This document shows positions 1 to 9,553 of a DNA stretch of 64,000 bases, one piece after another (within the stretch, counting starts at the first letter, position 1; every line of letters begins with the position of its first letter). Under the pieces are notes generated by a model. The model had not been told where the DNA came from, did not search any database, and was given only the letters and a program-made list of their open reading frames with translations. Made by a program: the position numbers and the translations under genes. Source of the stretch: a virus (lineage: Duplodnaviria > Caudoviricetes); the IMG/VR virus record IMGVR_UViG_3300033121_001585, positions 6,081-70,080 of that record; one strand, written 5' to 3'.

Positions 1-499
1 GTTCTTTATTCTTTGAATACAAAGCTTTTGGTATGTGATACGGTAATGTTAATTCGCTTAATTGAATCCAAGCATCCCAGATTTGAAATTCTTCTATCTT
101 AGTATCAAAACCTTCAAACTTCATAATTTTGCGAACGTCGCAAGTACAATTTAACGGTAAAACGAAACCGTCTATTATTTTAGCTCTAGAAAAATAAGGT
201 AAATATTTTCTTTTTTCGTTCAGGAAAAAATCAGTATAAACTATGCCAGCTAAACTATATCTCTGAAAGATTTTTTCCGCTTCTATTAAATAATCTTTAT
301 CTAATCTCTCGTCAGATTCCATGAAAACAACAAAATCTTTTTTTTCATTTTTGATAAAATCTAAGCCGTTATTTAAAGCAAAAGATTTATTTGTAGATTG
401 AACTACTATACAATCTTTTCGTTGAAAAATTCCATTAGTTATTTTTTCTATAGAAAATAAATTTCCTTTATCTAATACAATTAGTCCTGCGTTGAGCAT
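1..499 (-). CDS. Partial GT2-like glycosyltransferase (runs off the window start; not in the ORF track)
   Basis: Hand translation from ATG at 499 stays open to base 1: MLNAGLIVLDKG...FVVFMESDE...IVYTDFF...WDAWIQLSE...YHIPKALY, resembling GT-A/GT2 motifs. Confidence 0.55.
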   Translation of the reverse strand, partial: MLNAGLIVLDKGNLFSIEKITNGIFQRKDCIVVQSTNKSFALNNGLDFIKNEKKDFVVFMESDERLDKDYLIEAEKIFQRYSLAGIVYTDFFLNEKRKYLPYFSRAKIIDGFVLPLNCTCDVRKIMKFEGFDTKIEEFQIWDAWIQLSELTLPYHIPKALYSKNKE

Positions 500-1293
500 A
501 TATCCTCGTATTTCTTAATCATACATATTTGAGTAGGATTACTAGATAAATAATGAACTAGTAAATCTTCAAATTGGAAAACCTTTTCTTCCCTGTTCTT
601 AACCATAAAGTCTAACAAGGCTGATTCTGATAGTATAAAAAATGAAGATATGTAATGGCATGTATATTGTATTTTGTCTATGTTAGCTTTAGCAAAGCTA
701 TATTTCATTAATTTTTCGTTAACTGATTCATCTATATTAGCTAAATAATCTTCTGGAAAAACTGCTCCAGTATTAGCTATTGTAAAATATGGAGAATTAC
801 ATTTTCTAAACGATGTAAAAATACAATCTACCTCTTTACTTTTTTCACCAACAGTAAAAGTTCTATCTATTCTCCAATCAAAACTCTTCTGTTTTTGCAA
901 TAATTTAACGATTCCTTGAAAAGGAACATTTTTAGAATCAGTCATAATAGCAAGCAAAGAAGGTCTTAATATTTGATTTTCAAGCGACGATACTGTTTTA
1001 CTTAAATCTTCTAACGTGTCTGTTTCATTAAACTTTAAAAATATTTCATTTTTACATAGAATTTCTGCTCTAACTATTATTTCCAAATTATTTTTATCTT
1101 TATCATTAGCCCATTCTTTCTTTCTAAAAGCAGAACATGTTCTATTTTTAATAGTAAAATGGCTAGTATTTTCTTCCATTTCTATTACAGCACCTTGCTG
1201 TTTAAACTTTTCTATTCTATTTAATAAGCATCCAACTTGGTTATTAGATTTATTGTATTTAACAAATACACATTTTTCACAACATGTTGACAT
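481..1293 (-). CDS. Hypothetical protein
   Basis: 270 aa ORF coupled to its neighbours; N-terminal CxxCxF. Confidence 0.75.
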   Translation of the reverse strand: MSTCCEKCVFVKYNKSNNQVGCLLNRIEKFKQQGAVIEMEENTSHFTIKNRTCSAFRKKEWANDKDKNNLEIIVRAEILCKNEIFLKFNETDTLEDLSKTVSSLENQILRPSLLAIMTDSKNVPFQGIVKLLQKQKSFDWRIDRTFTVGEKSKEVDCIFTSFRKCNSPYFTIANTGAVFPEDYLANIDESVNEKLMKYSFAKANIDKIQYTCHYISSFFILSESALLDFMVKNREEKVFQFEDLLVHYLSSNPTQICMIKKYEDICSTQD

Positions 1294-1769
1294 TACTTAA
1301 TCCTCATAGCCTCTATATGAAAATTTAGACCTTCGAAATATTTCTTAACAATTTTCATATTTTTTTGAATTAAAAAGTTACTAATATCAAACATTGATAA
1401 AGCACATTTTCTATAATTAATCTTCTTATTCTGCTCGCCGTATAAAAATATATTAAGCTTATTCAAATCAATTTCATTACGATTAAAAGCTTTCATGCAC
1501 TCAACAACATCTACATCTGCTAGTATAAGATTACCATTTATTGATAACTTTGAAATCCAATTATTTAAAATATTATCAACTTCATGAGAATCAAAATATG
1601 TAAGTATTCCAACCGCTCTAATTATCTCGCATTCACCATTATCTAAATAATAATCTAAATTATCTATACCAGCTTTAATAACTTTACTTCCAGGAGTTGC
1701 GTAAGGGTCAAAATTAGTATATCCTGGAATAAAAGCGTTCTGATTATTTAACAGCAGATTTAATTTCAT
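1293..1769 (-). CDS. SAM-dependent methyltransferase-like protein (short/degenerate)
   Basis: ECEIIRAVGILTYF...WISKLSINGNLIL resembles the class I MTase post-motif region. Confidence 0.5.
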   Translation of the reverse strand: MKLNLLLNNQNAFIPGYTNFDPYATPGSKVIKAGIDNLDYYLDNGECEIIRAVGILTYFDSHEVDNILNNWISKLSINGNLILADVDVVECMKAFNRNEIDLNKLNIFLYGEQNKKINYRKCALSMFDISNFLIQKNMKIVKKYFEGLNFHIEAMRIK

Positions 1770-2152
1770 GTTTTAGGAAGTCCGATATAAATATGATTTT
1801 TTAAGTTTTCTAAAGTTTCTTTCCAATTTTTTCCTTTTTCTACGTTTGAAGGAAAATGTTCTGCATATAATGGTAAATTGAAAACTAATGAAATTTCAAG
1901 ACATTTTCTATAAAAATTAACATTTCTAGATGTGCATATAATACCATCATATTCTAAATGTGTTGGTATTTTCATATATTGAGCAACATTTTCATAAAGA
2001 ACATTTACTTTATTCTCTATAGCGAAAAAATTATTGTCGGTAATTAATAATTCTTCTAGTTCATTATCATTTTCGTGAACTAAAATCAAATTAAGTCTCT
2101 CGTCATCTTCTCTGGTCGCTTTTCTTATTAAACAAGATAAATTAGTAGCCAT
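1766..2152 (-). CDS. Hypothetical protein, possibly a GT-B N-terminal-like fragment
   Basis: 128 aa ORF inside the GT cluster. Confidence 0.6.
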   Translation of the reverse strand: MATNLSCLIRKATREDDERLNLILVHENDNELEELLITDNNFFAIENKVNVLYENVAQYMKIPTHLEYDGIICTSRNVNFYRKCLEISLVFNLPLYAEHFPSNVEKGKNWKETLENLKNHIYIGLPKT

Positions 2153-2158
2153 TGTTTA

Positions 2159-2866
2159 TTAACTCATTGTTGGTGGTAATAGTTTACAAATTTTTGCAAC
2201 TAAACCGTGTCTTACTATGTCTTCTTCATATAAATCTACTATTCCGATATCATCATCTTCATCTTCAAGAATATTCATTACATATTCTAAAGGAGTAGTT
2301 CTACTTCCTATAAGGAATTTATAATCTAAGTCTGTTTGCGAACCGTCTCCGGTAATAACCATTTTGCTATTTTTACCTATTCTAGTTAAAATCATTCTTA
2401 ACTGTTTATAGGTAGCGTTTTGAGCTTCATCAACTATAACGAAACAATCTTCGTATGTTTTTCCTCTTAGAAACTCTAAAGCATCCATAATAAGTATTTC
2501 TTTATATACGAGGTCTTTAATTTCCTCTTCATGCATGAACTTATGGAAAAGGTCACTAAATGCAGCCATGTGAGGTTCAAGTTTATCTTTTTTATCTCCA
2601 GGCATCGCACCTAAATTTCTTCCGCATTCTTGAATTGGTCTAATTAAAATAATTTTCTTTACTTTGCCTTCTCTAAAGTATTCAAAAGCTTTACCTACAG
2701 ATAAATGCGTTTTACCAGTTCCAGCACAACCAGAACATATAGTGATAGAGCAGTTATCTATGCAATCTATAAGTTCTGCTTGACCTTCATTTAATGGTCT
2801 AACAGCATATTTGTTTTTTATTCTAGATAGAACATCTTCTTCGATGAGTCTTTCTATTTCTCCCAT
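2159..2866 (-). CDS. phoH: PhoH-family ATPase
   Basis: GCAGTGKT Walker A, LGAMPGD, FLRGKT, VIVDEAQN, ILTRIG, VITGDGSQTDL, DIVRHGLV. Confidence 0.95.
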   Translation of the reverse strand: MGEIERLIEEDVLSRIKNKYAVRPLNEGQAELIDCIDNCSITICSGCAGTGKTHLSVGKAFEYFREGKVKKIILIRPIQECGRNLGAMPGDKKDKLEPHMAAFSDLFHKFMHEEEIKDLVYKEILIMDALEFLRGKTYEDCFVIVDEAQNATYKQLRMILTRIGKNSKMVITGDGSQTDLDYKFLIGSRTTPLEYVMNILEDEDDDIGIVDLYEEDIVRHGLVAKICKLLPPTMS

Positions 2867-3981
2867 TATGATATCGCTTTCTTAATCTTTTCTCCGACTT
2901 GCTCGTAAGAAAATTCAAATATTTTGCTTAGAGAAGCTGAGAGTTTAGATTCTTTTAATTGGGGTTGAGAGTATGCTTCTCGCATACACTTTCTAAGATG
3001 TGGTATAGATATAGATGCCCATAGCTCGTTACCATAATACAAAGAACACGGATGGTTTTCCATCCCTTGTACTGGAACTAAATCGTAGTTCACTAGCCAA
3101 CCTTCTTTGTTTGTTAAATATTCCGTAAAACTACTCCAACCTGTAACGATAGGCGTTTTGCCGAAACCAAGAGCGTCTATAGCTGGTATACACCAACCCT
3201 CTCCATATGATGTTGATACGAAATTATCGCAACTCATATGAATACTGTCAATATCATTGTCTGACAAATAAGAATTTGTTAATATTATTTCTTTTTTGCT
3301 TCTAGCAATTCTTAATTCTTTTTTAACATAATTGCAATAATCGTACATCTGACTAGGAGTAGATTTTTGACCAGAAACTTTTAATACTAAATTAACAGGT
3401 TCATTTAAATCAAACTCCAAATGAAAAGCTTTGATTAATGCTGACAAGTTTTTTCTATTATTTGTTTCGCATATAGTATAGAATAAAAAATCTCCATGTT
3501 TATCATCGTCTATCTGTTTGTATATATTATGATTCTTTAGATACTTATCTAGATTAACAGGTATTGGTACAATTTTGATTGGTACTTTTACTTGACTATT
3601 GATAGCTACCGTTTTGACAAATTCAGAAGGAACCCATACCTCATCCATCAAATTCAATCTTTGTGCCCAATTAGATTTATTAAAATCAGAAGTCTCATAC
3701 AATAAATAACATATATTTTTCTTAAATTTTGAATTATAAATAATATGGTCTGGTAGAGTAAAATAAACAATATTATCACAACCTCTAATATCTTTATTTT
3801 CTAATTCTAATATATCTTTTGGAAGATTTTCATTATGTAAATTATACTTAATCGGTCTAATAACCAAATCAAGTTTAGCTTGTTGAAAAGCTCTAATAAA
3901 ATCTAACGCAGCTTTAGACCAACCGCTTCCATCCCTATAAGGAGCTATAAATAGAGTTCTCATCGCACCTTCTTTGCTCAA
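2866..3981 (-). CDS. GT4 (GT-B) glycosyltransferase
   Basis: DEVWVPSEF, RKNLSALIKAF, FVSTSYGEGWCIPAIDALGFG. Confidence 0.9.
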   Translation of the reverse strand: MSKEGAMRTLFIAPYRDGSGWSKAALDFIRAFQQAKLDLVIRPIKYNLHNENLPKDILELENKDIRGCDNIVYFTLPDHIIYNSKFKKNICYLLYETSDFNKSNWAQRLNLMDEVWVPSEFVKTVAINSQVKVPIKIVPIPVNLDKYLKNHNIYKQIDDDKHGDFLFYTICETNNRKNLSALIKAFHLEFDLNEPVNLVLKVSGQKSTPSQMYDYCNYVKKELRIARSKKEIILTNSYLSDNDIDSIHMSCDNFVSTSYGEGWCIPAIDALGFGKTPIVTGWSSFTEYLTNKEGWLVNYDLVPVQGMENHPCSLYYGNELWASISIPHLRKCMREAYSQPQLKESKLSASLSKIFEFSYEQVGEKIKKAIS

Positions 3982-6580
3982 AAATATTTCTTTGATTACA
4001 GAGATTTGTAAAATGATTCATGCATTGTTCTCTGTCAAGTTTAGAAAATGCTAAACCTAAATTTAAATCTCTTAGTGTTCCTAAAGCTAAGTGAGTATTA
4101 ACTAAATCAGGTCTACCAGCAACATGCTCAAATCCCCATCTAACAAACTGTGGATTAGAAAGTCCTTTTGGAATAATTTTTTGCGGGGTGAAATAATTAG
4201 CAGGGAAGGCCCATTTGTTGACGGAAGTATCTATTGAGTCAAAACACTCTTCCCAGACTTTAAAATTATGTTCCCAGGTGTATCTATCCTCGACTGCTTT
4301 TCTTGCTTTTGCTCCAATTCTTGCTCTCATTGAAAATGGCATTTGTGCGAACTTGATAAGTTTCTTTATAAAGTCGTCGTTATCTGGATAAGCTCTATAA
4401 CTCATAGTGCCTTGGTCCCTGAAAAAAGTTTTTACTTCTACAGGAAAACCATGTAGGTTTCTTACAACCTCAGACATTGCACTATAATCTACCGCGAATA
4501 CCGGCACACCGCAAGCAGCAGCTTCTACCATAGGTATTCCAAAACCTTCATTGGTAGCGTATTGTACGTAACAATCAAATATAGACATAACAGTAGATAA
4601 CACTTTATGCGGAATACCGTGTTTAATGTTAGGTAATATCGCAGTATTGTTTCCGCAATACTTACAAATAGCTAATCCGTCCTGGAAAAGAGATGGGAAA
4701 ATTTCTCTACATGATAAGCAATAGTATGTCATCATTGTTCTATGAGAAACGCCATGCTCTTTAATTAAACAAGGTATATCCCAACCGACATCAGGGTATG
4801 CTGTATGTAAATACAAATAAGACCTAGATGCAACATTTTCTGGGGCAACTTCAAGAAATTTAGCAAAAGACTGAATCAAATCTGGATACAATTTTCGTAT
4901 CTGATTTCTCATAACCGTGCCGATTATAAACATTTCTGGATTTAATCCAATTTTCTGCTTTGCTTCATTGCTATTAGTAAATTTAAAATTGTCTAGATTT
5001 ACTCCAGGAGAAGCTGTTTTAAAAAGATTAATTTTTTGATTAGCTTCTTCTCTCAATACATTAAATCCCCAATCAGTATAAGGTAATACTTTGTCGGCAT
5101 TACAAAATGTCGCAATCCATTCTTCTTTCTGTGGTGCTGAATCAACTGGTGGAGATATCACCCAATTAAAATATGGTCTAGCCGGAGAACGACTTTCAAA
5201 TTCACAATTATGAATAGTAAAATATGAAGTAAAACTTTTATCTTCTTCTACTTCAAAATTAAATACATCTATCTCTTTGACATTACTAATATCTACATCT
5301 GTTATTGTTAAGTATGCATATTTTTCATCTATTCTTTTATGTTTGAATTCTTCTGAAAAATCACCGTTTAATATTTTTCCATAATTCTTAATATTATCCT
5401 TAGAAATGAAACTAAAGCAATATTTATAAAAAGTTTTTCCATTTAAACTATTTTTAGCATAACATACAGATGGTAATATGTTAATATTAACGCACATCTG
5501 AAAAATCTGCATTGCTAATTTTTTACTGGAAGTACATGAACTAGCAGCTATATATAACCCATCTAAATTTAAATGACCGTCTCCTCTTAAGTATCCTCTT
5601 AAAAATTCTTTTTCTTCTATCTCTGTAAATTTTGTTAAGTATTTAGTTTTAGCTAATCCTGGACATAATCCTCTTATCATTTTAGCAAAATCGCTATTAA
5701 ATACTCTTACTGTTAAACAATTTTTAATTTTGTCTATTGTTAGTGTTGGAGTTAACTTAAATAATTTTTCGCATATTTCTTTAATGTCTTCATATATATA
5801 AACTTCATCAATACATAAAGTGAACTGAACACCTTTGAGTTTATCATAAATCTTTAAATCTTCATACATCATACAGCCTTCAGCAGTATAATATCCTAAT
5901 AATCTAGCTAAATCTCCTGTAATTGTTTTATTACATTTATGTTTTGGAAAACACACTATATCTCCAACATTTACTTTTTCTGCATTAATCCAATTCAGTT
6001 TACTTTTTGCAAAGTTTGGTAAGTTTTTAGTTTTTCTTTTTATTGCTAAAATAGGATGTTCTGGAGTTAAACTTAAACCAAATGGCATAAAAGAAGCTTT
6101 TATCTTATAAATTCTTCCAGAATATTTTCTAGTCAAAATATTTTTAATTTTCTGATAATTGCCATTATGAGTTAATAATTCATCTTTTATATCTATTTCT
6201 TTAACAGATTTGATATTATTTTTTACAAACAATAAATCATCTGGATTAGCTAGACAATTCCATTCATCCCTTATATCTAAAACAATATCAGGTTTGAATT
6301 GTAAACACACTTCATCAAACTTGAATTCGCCCCAAGCAAATGTAGGTTTACTATTATAAATCTTCATTGCTTCTTCATCGTTATCTTTGGGTTTAACAGT
6401 AAAATGCTTCCATGGTAACGATGGAATATCTGGATGAGTACCATCACTAAAAGCTGCTAGCTCAGCTATTTCATATTTATTTGAGGCTTGAAGCCTACTG
6501 AGTAATTCAAAACCGTAGTTTGAAAAACCAGTAGACAACAAGCTGCTTTCATTACAAAATAAGATTTTTTTCTTTTTCAT
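3935..6580 (-). CDS. GT4 glycosyltransferase containing an intein
   Basis: QIRKLYPDLI and YATNEGFGIPMVEAAACGVPV; internal intein; two CxxC pairs in the GT region. Confidence 0.9.
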   Translation of the reverse strand: MKKKKILFCNESSLLSTGFSNYGFELLSRLQASNKYEIAELAAFSDGTHPDIPSLPWKHFTVKPKDNDEEAMKIYNSKPTFAWGEFKFDEVCLQFKPDIVLDIRDEWNCLANPDDLLFVKNNIKSVKEIDIKDELLTHNGNYQKIKNILTRKYSGRIYKIKASFMPFGLSLTPEHPILAIKRKTKNLPNFAKSKLNWINAEKVNVGDIVCFPKHKCNKTITGDLARLLGYYTAEGCMMYEDLKIYDKLKGVQFTLCIDEVYIYEDIKEICEKLFKLTPTLTIDKIKNCLTVRVFNSDFAKMIRGLCPGLAKTKYLTKFTEIEEKEFLRGYLRGDGHLNLDGLYIAASSCTSSKKLAMQIFQMCVNINILPSVCYAKNSLNGKTFYKYCFSFISKDNIKNYGKILNGDFSEEFKHKRIDEKYAYLTITDVDISNVKEIDVFNFEVEEDKSFTSYFTIHNCEFESRSPARPYFNWVISPPVDSAPQKEEWIATFCNADKVLPYTDWGFNVLREEANQKINLFKTASPGVNLDNFKFTNSNEAKQKIGLNPEMFIIGTVMRNQIRKLYPDLIQSFAKFLEVAPENVASRSYLYLHTAYPDVGWDIPCLIKEHGVSHRTMMTYYCLSCREIFPSLFQDGLAICKYCGNNTAILPNIKHGIPHKVLSTVMSIFDCYVQYATNEGFGIPMVEAAACGVPVFAVDYSAMSEVVRNLHGFPVEVKTFFRDQGTMSYRAYPDNDDFIKKLIKFAQMPFSMRARIGAKARKAVEDRYTWEHNFKVWEECFDSIDTSVNKWAFPANYFTPQKIIPKGLSNPQFVRWGFEHVAGRPDLVNTHLALGTLRDLNLGLAFSKLDREQCMNHFTNLCNQRNIFEQRRCDENSIYSSL
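5207..6256 (-). mobile_element. Intein with LAGLIDADG homing endonuclease (350 aa) in the glycosyltransferase
   Basis: Junctions DEWN|CLANPDD and FTIHN|CEFES; LTPEHPIL block B; LLGYYTAEG and FLRGYLRGDG; VFNFEVEEDKSF block F. Confidence 0.9.
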
Positions 6581-7008
6581 TAGAATGGTGCGTCATCATC
6601 AGGTTTGGTGTTTGTAGAACCATTGTCTTCAGGATTATCATTAGGTGTTTCGTCGCCTTCAGATGAATCTTTCTTACCAACAAAGTAAAACTTGTCTACT
6701 CTAAACTTAATTCTTGAGCGTTTACTACCAGTGCCCTTGTCTTCCCAGGTTTCTTGCTTAACAGAACATTCTACTAAAATAGGAGAACCTTTTCTGAAAA
6801 ACTTACTAATTTGTTCGCCACCAGAATCCCAAGCTTCCATATCTAAGAAAGAAGTTTCTTTTCCTTTTTCTCCATTCTGTTTCTTAAAAAATCTCGAAAC
6901 AGCAATAGTAAAAGATGCAACCTTAGAACTTCCGACTTCTTTTAGTTCAACGTCACGAACTAAATTTCCCATAAAAATACATCTGTTCATAAAAATCTCC
7001 AAAAACAA
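6580..7008 (-). CDS. ssb: Single-stranded DNA-binding protein
   Basis: MGNLVRDVEL, ASFTIAVSR, QETWEDK; acidic tail DDDAPF. Confidence 0.95.
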   Translation of the reverse strand: MFLEIFMNRCIFMGNLVRDVELKEVGSSKVASFTIAVSRFFKKQNGEKGKETSFLDMEAWDSGGEQISKFFRKGSPILVECSVKQETWEDKGTGSKRSRIKFRVDKFYFVGKKDSSEGDETPNDNPEDNGSTNTKPDDDAPF

Positions 7009-7014
7009 TTGTGA

Positions 7015-7647
7015 CTAAATTTGAAATACTTTCTTCACTATCAAAGAACCTTTTTTCTTATCCTTTTCCCCCTGAATCAAAACAGTATTGCCTTGAGCCA
7101 ACAATCCTCCATACTCCTCGTAGACTTCTGAGAAAACGCAAACGTCCTGCATTGAGCAAGTATCATCGGATATGGTTAGGAAAGCCATAACCTTACCGGC
7201 GTTTTTCCCTTTCTTTATTGTAAACTCTCGTATAGCCTGAATTTCAACAGCGAAAACTAAAAATCCTGACACCTTTCCTGCTAAAAATTCTTTACATTTT
7301 ATGTTTGCGTTAGAAATATCGCAGCTATCAATTTTCGAATAAGTTATTGGAACACCTAATAATTTTTCTTCTGTCCAAGCTATCCAATTAGGCGAATCTT
7401 TAGATTCTGTTGTCGGTTTTTCTAAAATTTGCAATTCACTCTTTACTATCTGGACTCTTTTTACATCATGGCAACCACCTAATTCTTTCTTAGGTTTAGC
7501 CATAGCTCTTAAAGCGTCAATCAAACAGTGATAATTGTTTTTTCTCTCCAGAATCCACTTCTTTTCTCCTTCTGTTAGAGTTGTCCAAACTTTGAACTCC
7601 GCTAGCATTTCTGTTCGACTCATATTTTCCATATTGTATTGCACCAA
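7015..7647 (-). CDS. dnaE: DnaE C-terminal region (OB-fold), in the +1 frame relative to 7517..9553
   Basis: EEKLLGVPIT, TIKKGKNAGKVMAFLTISDDT, VFSEVYEEY match the DnaE OB domain; 131 nt overlap with the upstream dnaE ORF. Confidence 0.85.
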   Translation of the reverse strand: MVQYNMENMSRTEMLAEFKVWTTLTEGEKKWILERKNNYHCLIDALRAMAKPKKELGGCHDVKRVQIVKSELQILEKPTTESKDSPNWIAWTEEKLLGVPITYSKIDSCDISNANIKCKEFLAGKVSGFLVFAVEIQAIREFTIKKGKNAGKVMAFLTISDDTCSMQDVCVFSEVYEEYGGLLAQGNTVLIQGEKDKKKGSLIVKKVFQI

Positions 7648-9553
7648 CAGATATTAGATTTGTTATAGCTGGAACCGAAATTTTATCTGATGCTACTAAA
7701 ACAAAATCATACCAAGAAAAATGACTAAAAGGTTTTTTCAAATATTCTTCTGCTTGTTTTATTGCTACTCTTATTTTATCAACTTGGCTTTCCCCTATAC
7801 CTTTAATGTCAGATAAGCCGAATCTTATTTTTTCTCCATCCATATAGAAATGTTTTTTTAAGTCTTGTAACTTTGGAGTAAGAACTTCTATATCTAATAA
7901 TTTGCATTCATCTACTAATTCTCTAATTTCCTCTAACGGATGTTGTTTTTCTGAAGAAAATCTTAACCATGAAGTAAAAAATCGTAGCGGAAAGTGAGCT
8001 TTAGCATAAGCTGTCCAGTAACCCATTACTCCATATGAAAAAGCGTGAGAATTACATGTTAATATTCCATCATTCGCAACGAAAGTATGATTAGGAGCGT
8101 CCATAGTTACATCATATGTATCGTCTACCCCAATAGAAACAATTGAAATTATTTTTTCTTTTATTACCGGATATCCTTTTTCGCCAACTTTAGTTCTTCC
8201 TAACTTATAGTCTTCTTTTTTGTGACACGAAACACATAATTTAATCAAATTTTCTAATTTATTATTTTCTCTGTTTTTATCTTTGTGGTGCACTTCTAAT
8301 CTACAATTAGTTTTTCCGCATATTCCACATTTATTTTCTAATAGTTTAATATTAGTTTCAAATTCTGTATAAGCTCCGTTTGTATATCCTGGATTATCAA
8401 CACCTGTCATAAATCCAGAATTTTTACCATCATGATTTCCTTTGTTTTGTCTTAAATCTTCAATTGTTAATTTGCTAAATTTATTAATTGATGCAAAATC
8501 TGACGCTTCATATTCACCACAGATTAATAAATTGTCTCCAACTTTTAAGTCTTTAGTTTCTATTGTTGTATCATTAAAAGGAAATTTATGATTTGATGTT
8601 ACATCTATATATTTTCCGCTTTCTGTTGTTATTCTAAATAGTTCTTGTTTTCCAGCATATTTGATATCAATAATAATATTAGGATGTATTCTTTTATCAT
8701 TAAATAATGATAATCCTGTGCCGTAGTTTTTAATCAATTTCCATTTTTTATATAAAGATAAATGTTTTGTTTGTTTAGCATATTCGATATTGTTTCTAAT
8801 CCTATACATTTCAGCAACATTTAATATACAAGGATTTTTACCATTAAACATTCTTTTAATTATAGTTTTTCCGCTCACACACTTATTAAACGAGTACCTT
8901 TGCGACTTCTCAATCATGTCGAATATAATCTCAGCTTCTTGCTCTGTTACTACTCCTAGTTTTTTAGCTCCTTCAATAAACATTTTTTTGCATTTTGCCA
9001 TTTCTTCAGGCAATTTCTTTCCAATAGCTTTTCTTAACATATCAGCTTCTTGCAAGTTGAAACCGGCTATTAATTCTGAAAGTTTCATAGCTTGTTCTTG
9101 ATATATCATAACATTGTATGTTTTTTCAAGAGCAGGAATCATACTTGGATGAAATATTTCTGAAACTTCTTCTTTATTTTTTCTAGCACAATAATGTTCT
9201 GTCGTACTAATACCTTCTTCATCTAGACACTCAAGACAACCAGGACGTAGAATAGCTCCTAAAGCTCCAATATGTTCTATTGATGTAGGTCTTAATCTTT
9301 TAGTCCATTGTTTACCTAGTTGGCTTTCTAATTGGAAAACTCCCTTTGTACAACCCTTAGCCAACATTTTCCATACTTCAGGACAATTTTTGTTTATTTT
9401 TTCAAATTTTATATCTATTCCATAACGAGGTAGAATATCTCCATTTTCATAGTCTTCTATTTTTTTACCATGTTTTTGTAAAACTTTGTGATTGATTGGT
9501 ATAGAACAACCGCAATCAAATAAAACTTCGTTTTTTTTAATTATAAAATTCAT
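7517..9553 (-). CDS. dnaE: DNA polymerase III alpha, second half (finger/HhH regions) with an intein
   Basis: TKGVFQLES, ILRPG, VMIYQEQAM, ADMLRKAIGKK, YSFNK|SHAFSYG, RFGLSDIKGIG. Confidence 0.92.
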   Translation of the reverse strand: MNFIIKKNEVLFDCGCSIPINHKVLQKHGKKIEDYENGDILPRYGIDIKFEKINKNCPEVWKMLAKGCTKGVFQLESQLGKQWTKRLRPTSIEHIGALGAILRPGCLECLDEEGISTTEHYCARKNKEEVSEIFHPSMIPALEKTYNVMIYQEQAMKLSELIAGFNLQEADMLRKAIGKKLPEEMAKCKKMFIEGAKKLGVVTEQEAEIIFDMIEKSQRYSFNKCVSGKTIIKRMFNGKNPCILNVAEMYRIRNNIEYAKQTKHLSLYKKWKLIKNYGTGLSLFNDKRIHPNIIIDIKYAGKQELFRITTESGKYIDVTSNHKFPFNDTTIETKDLKVGDNLLICGEYEASDFASINKFSKLTIEDLRQNKGNHDGKNSGFMTGVDNPGYTNGAYTEFETNIKLLENKCGICGKTNCRLEVHHKDKNRENNKLENLIKLCVSCHKKEDYKLGRTKVGEKGYPVIKEKIISIVSIGVDDTYDVTMDAPNHTFVANDGILTCNSHAFSYGVMGYWTAYAKAHFPLRFFTSWLRFSSEKQHPLEEIRELVDECKLLDIEVLTPKLQDLKKHFYMDGEKIRFGLSDIKGIGESQVDKIRVAIKQAEEYLKKPFSHFSWYDFVLVASDKISVPAITNLISVGAIQYGKYESNRNASGVQSLDNSNRRRKEVDSGEKKQLSLFD
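8051..8881 (-). mobile_element. Intein with HNH endonuclease (277 aa) in DnaE
   Basis: Junctions YSFNK|CVSGKT and GILTCN|SHAF; VTSNHKF block B; CGICG...LEVHHKDKNRENNKLENLIKLCVSCH HNH; TYDVTMDAPNHTFVANDG block F. Confidence 0.9.
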
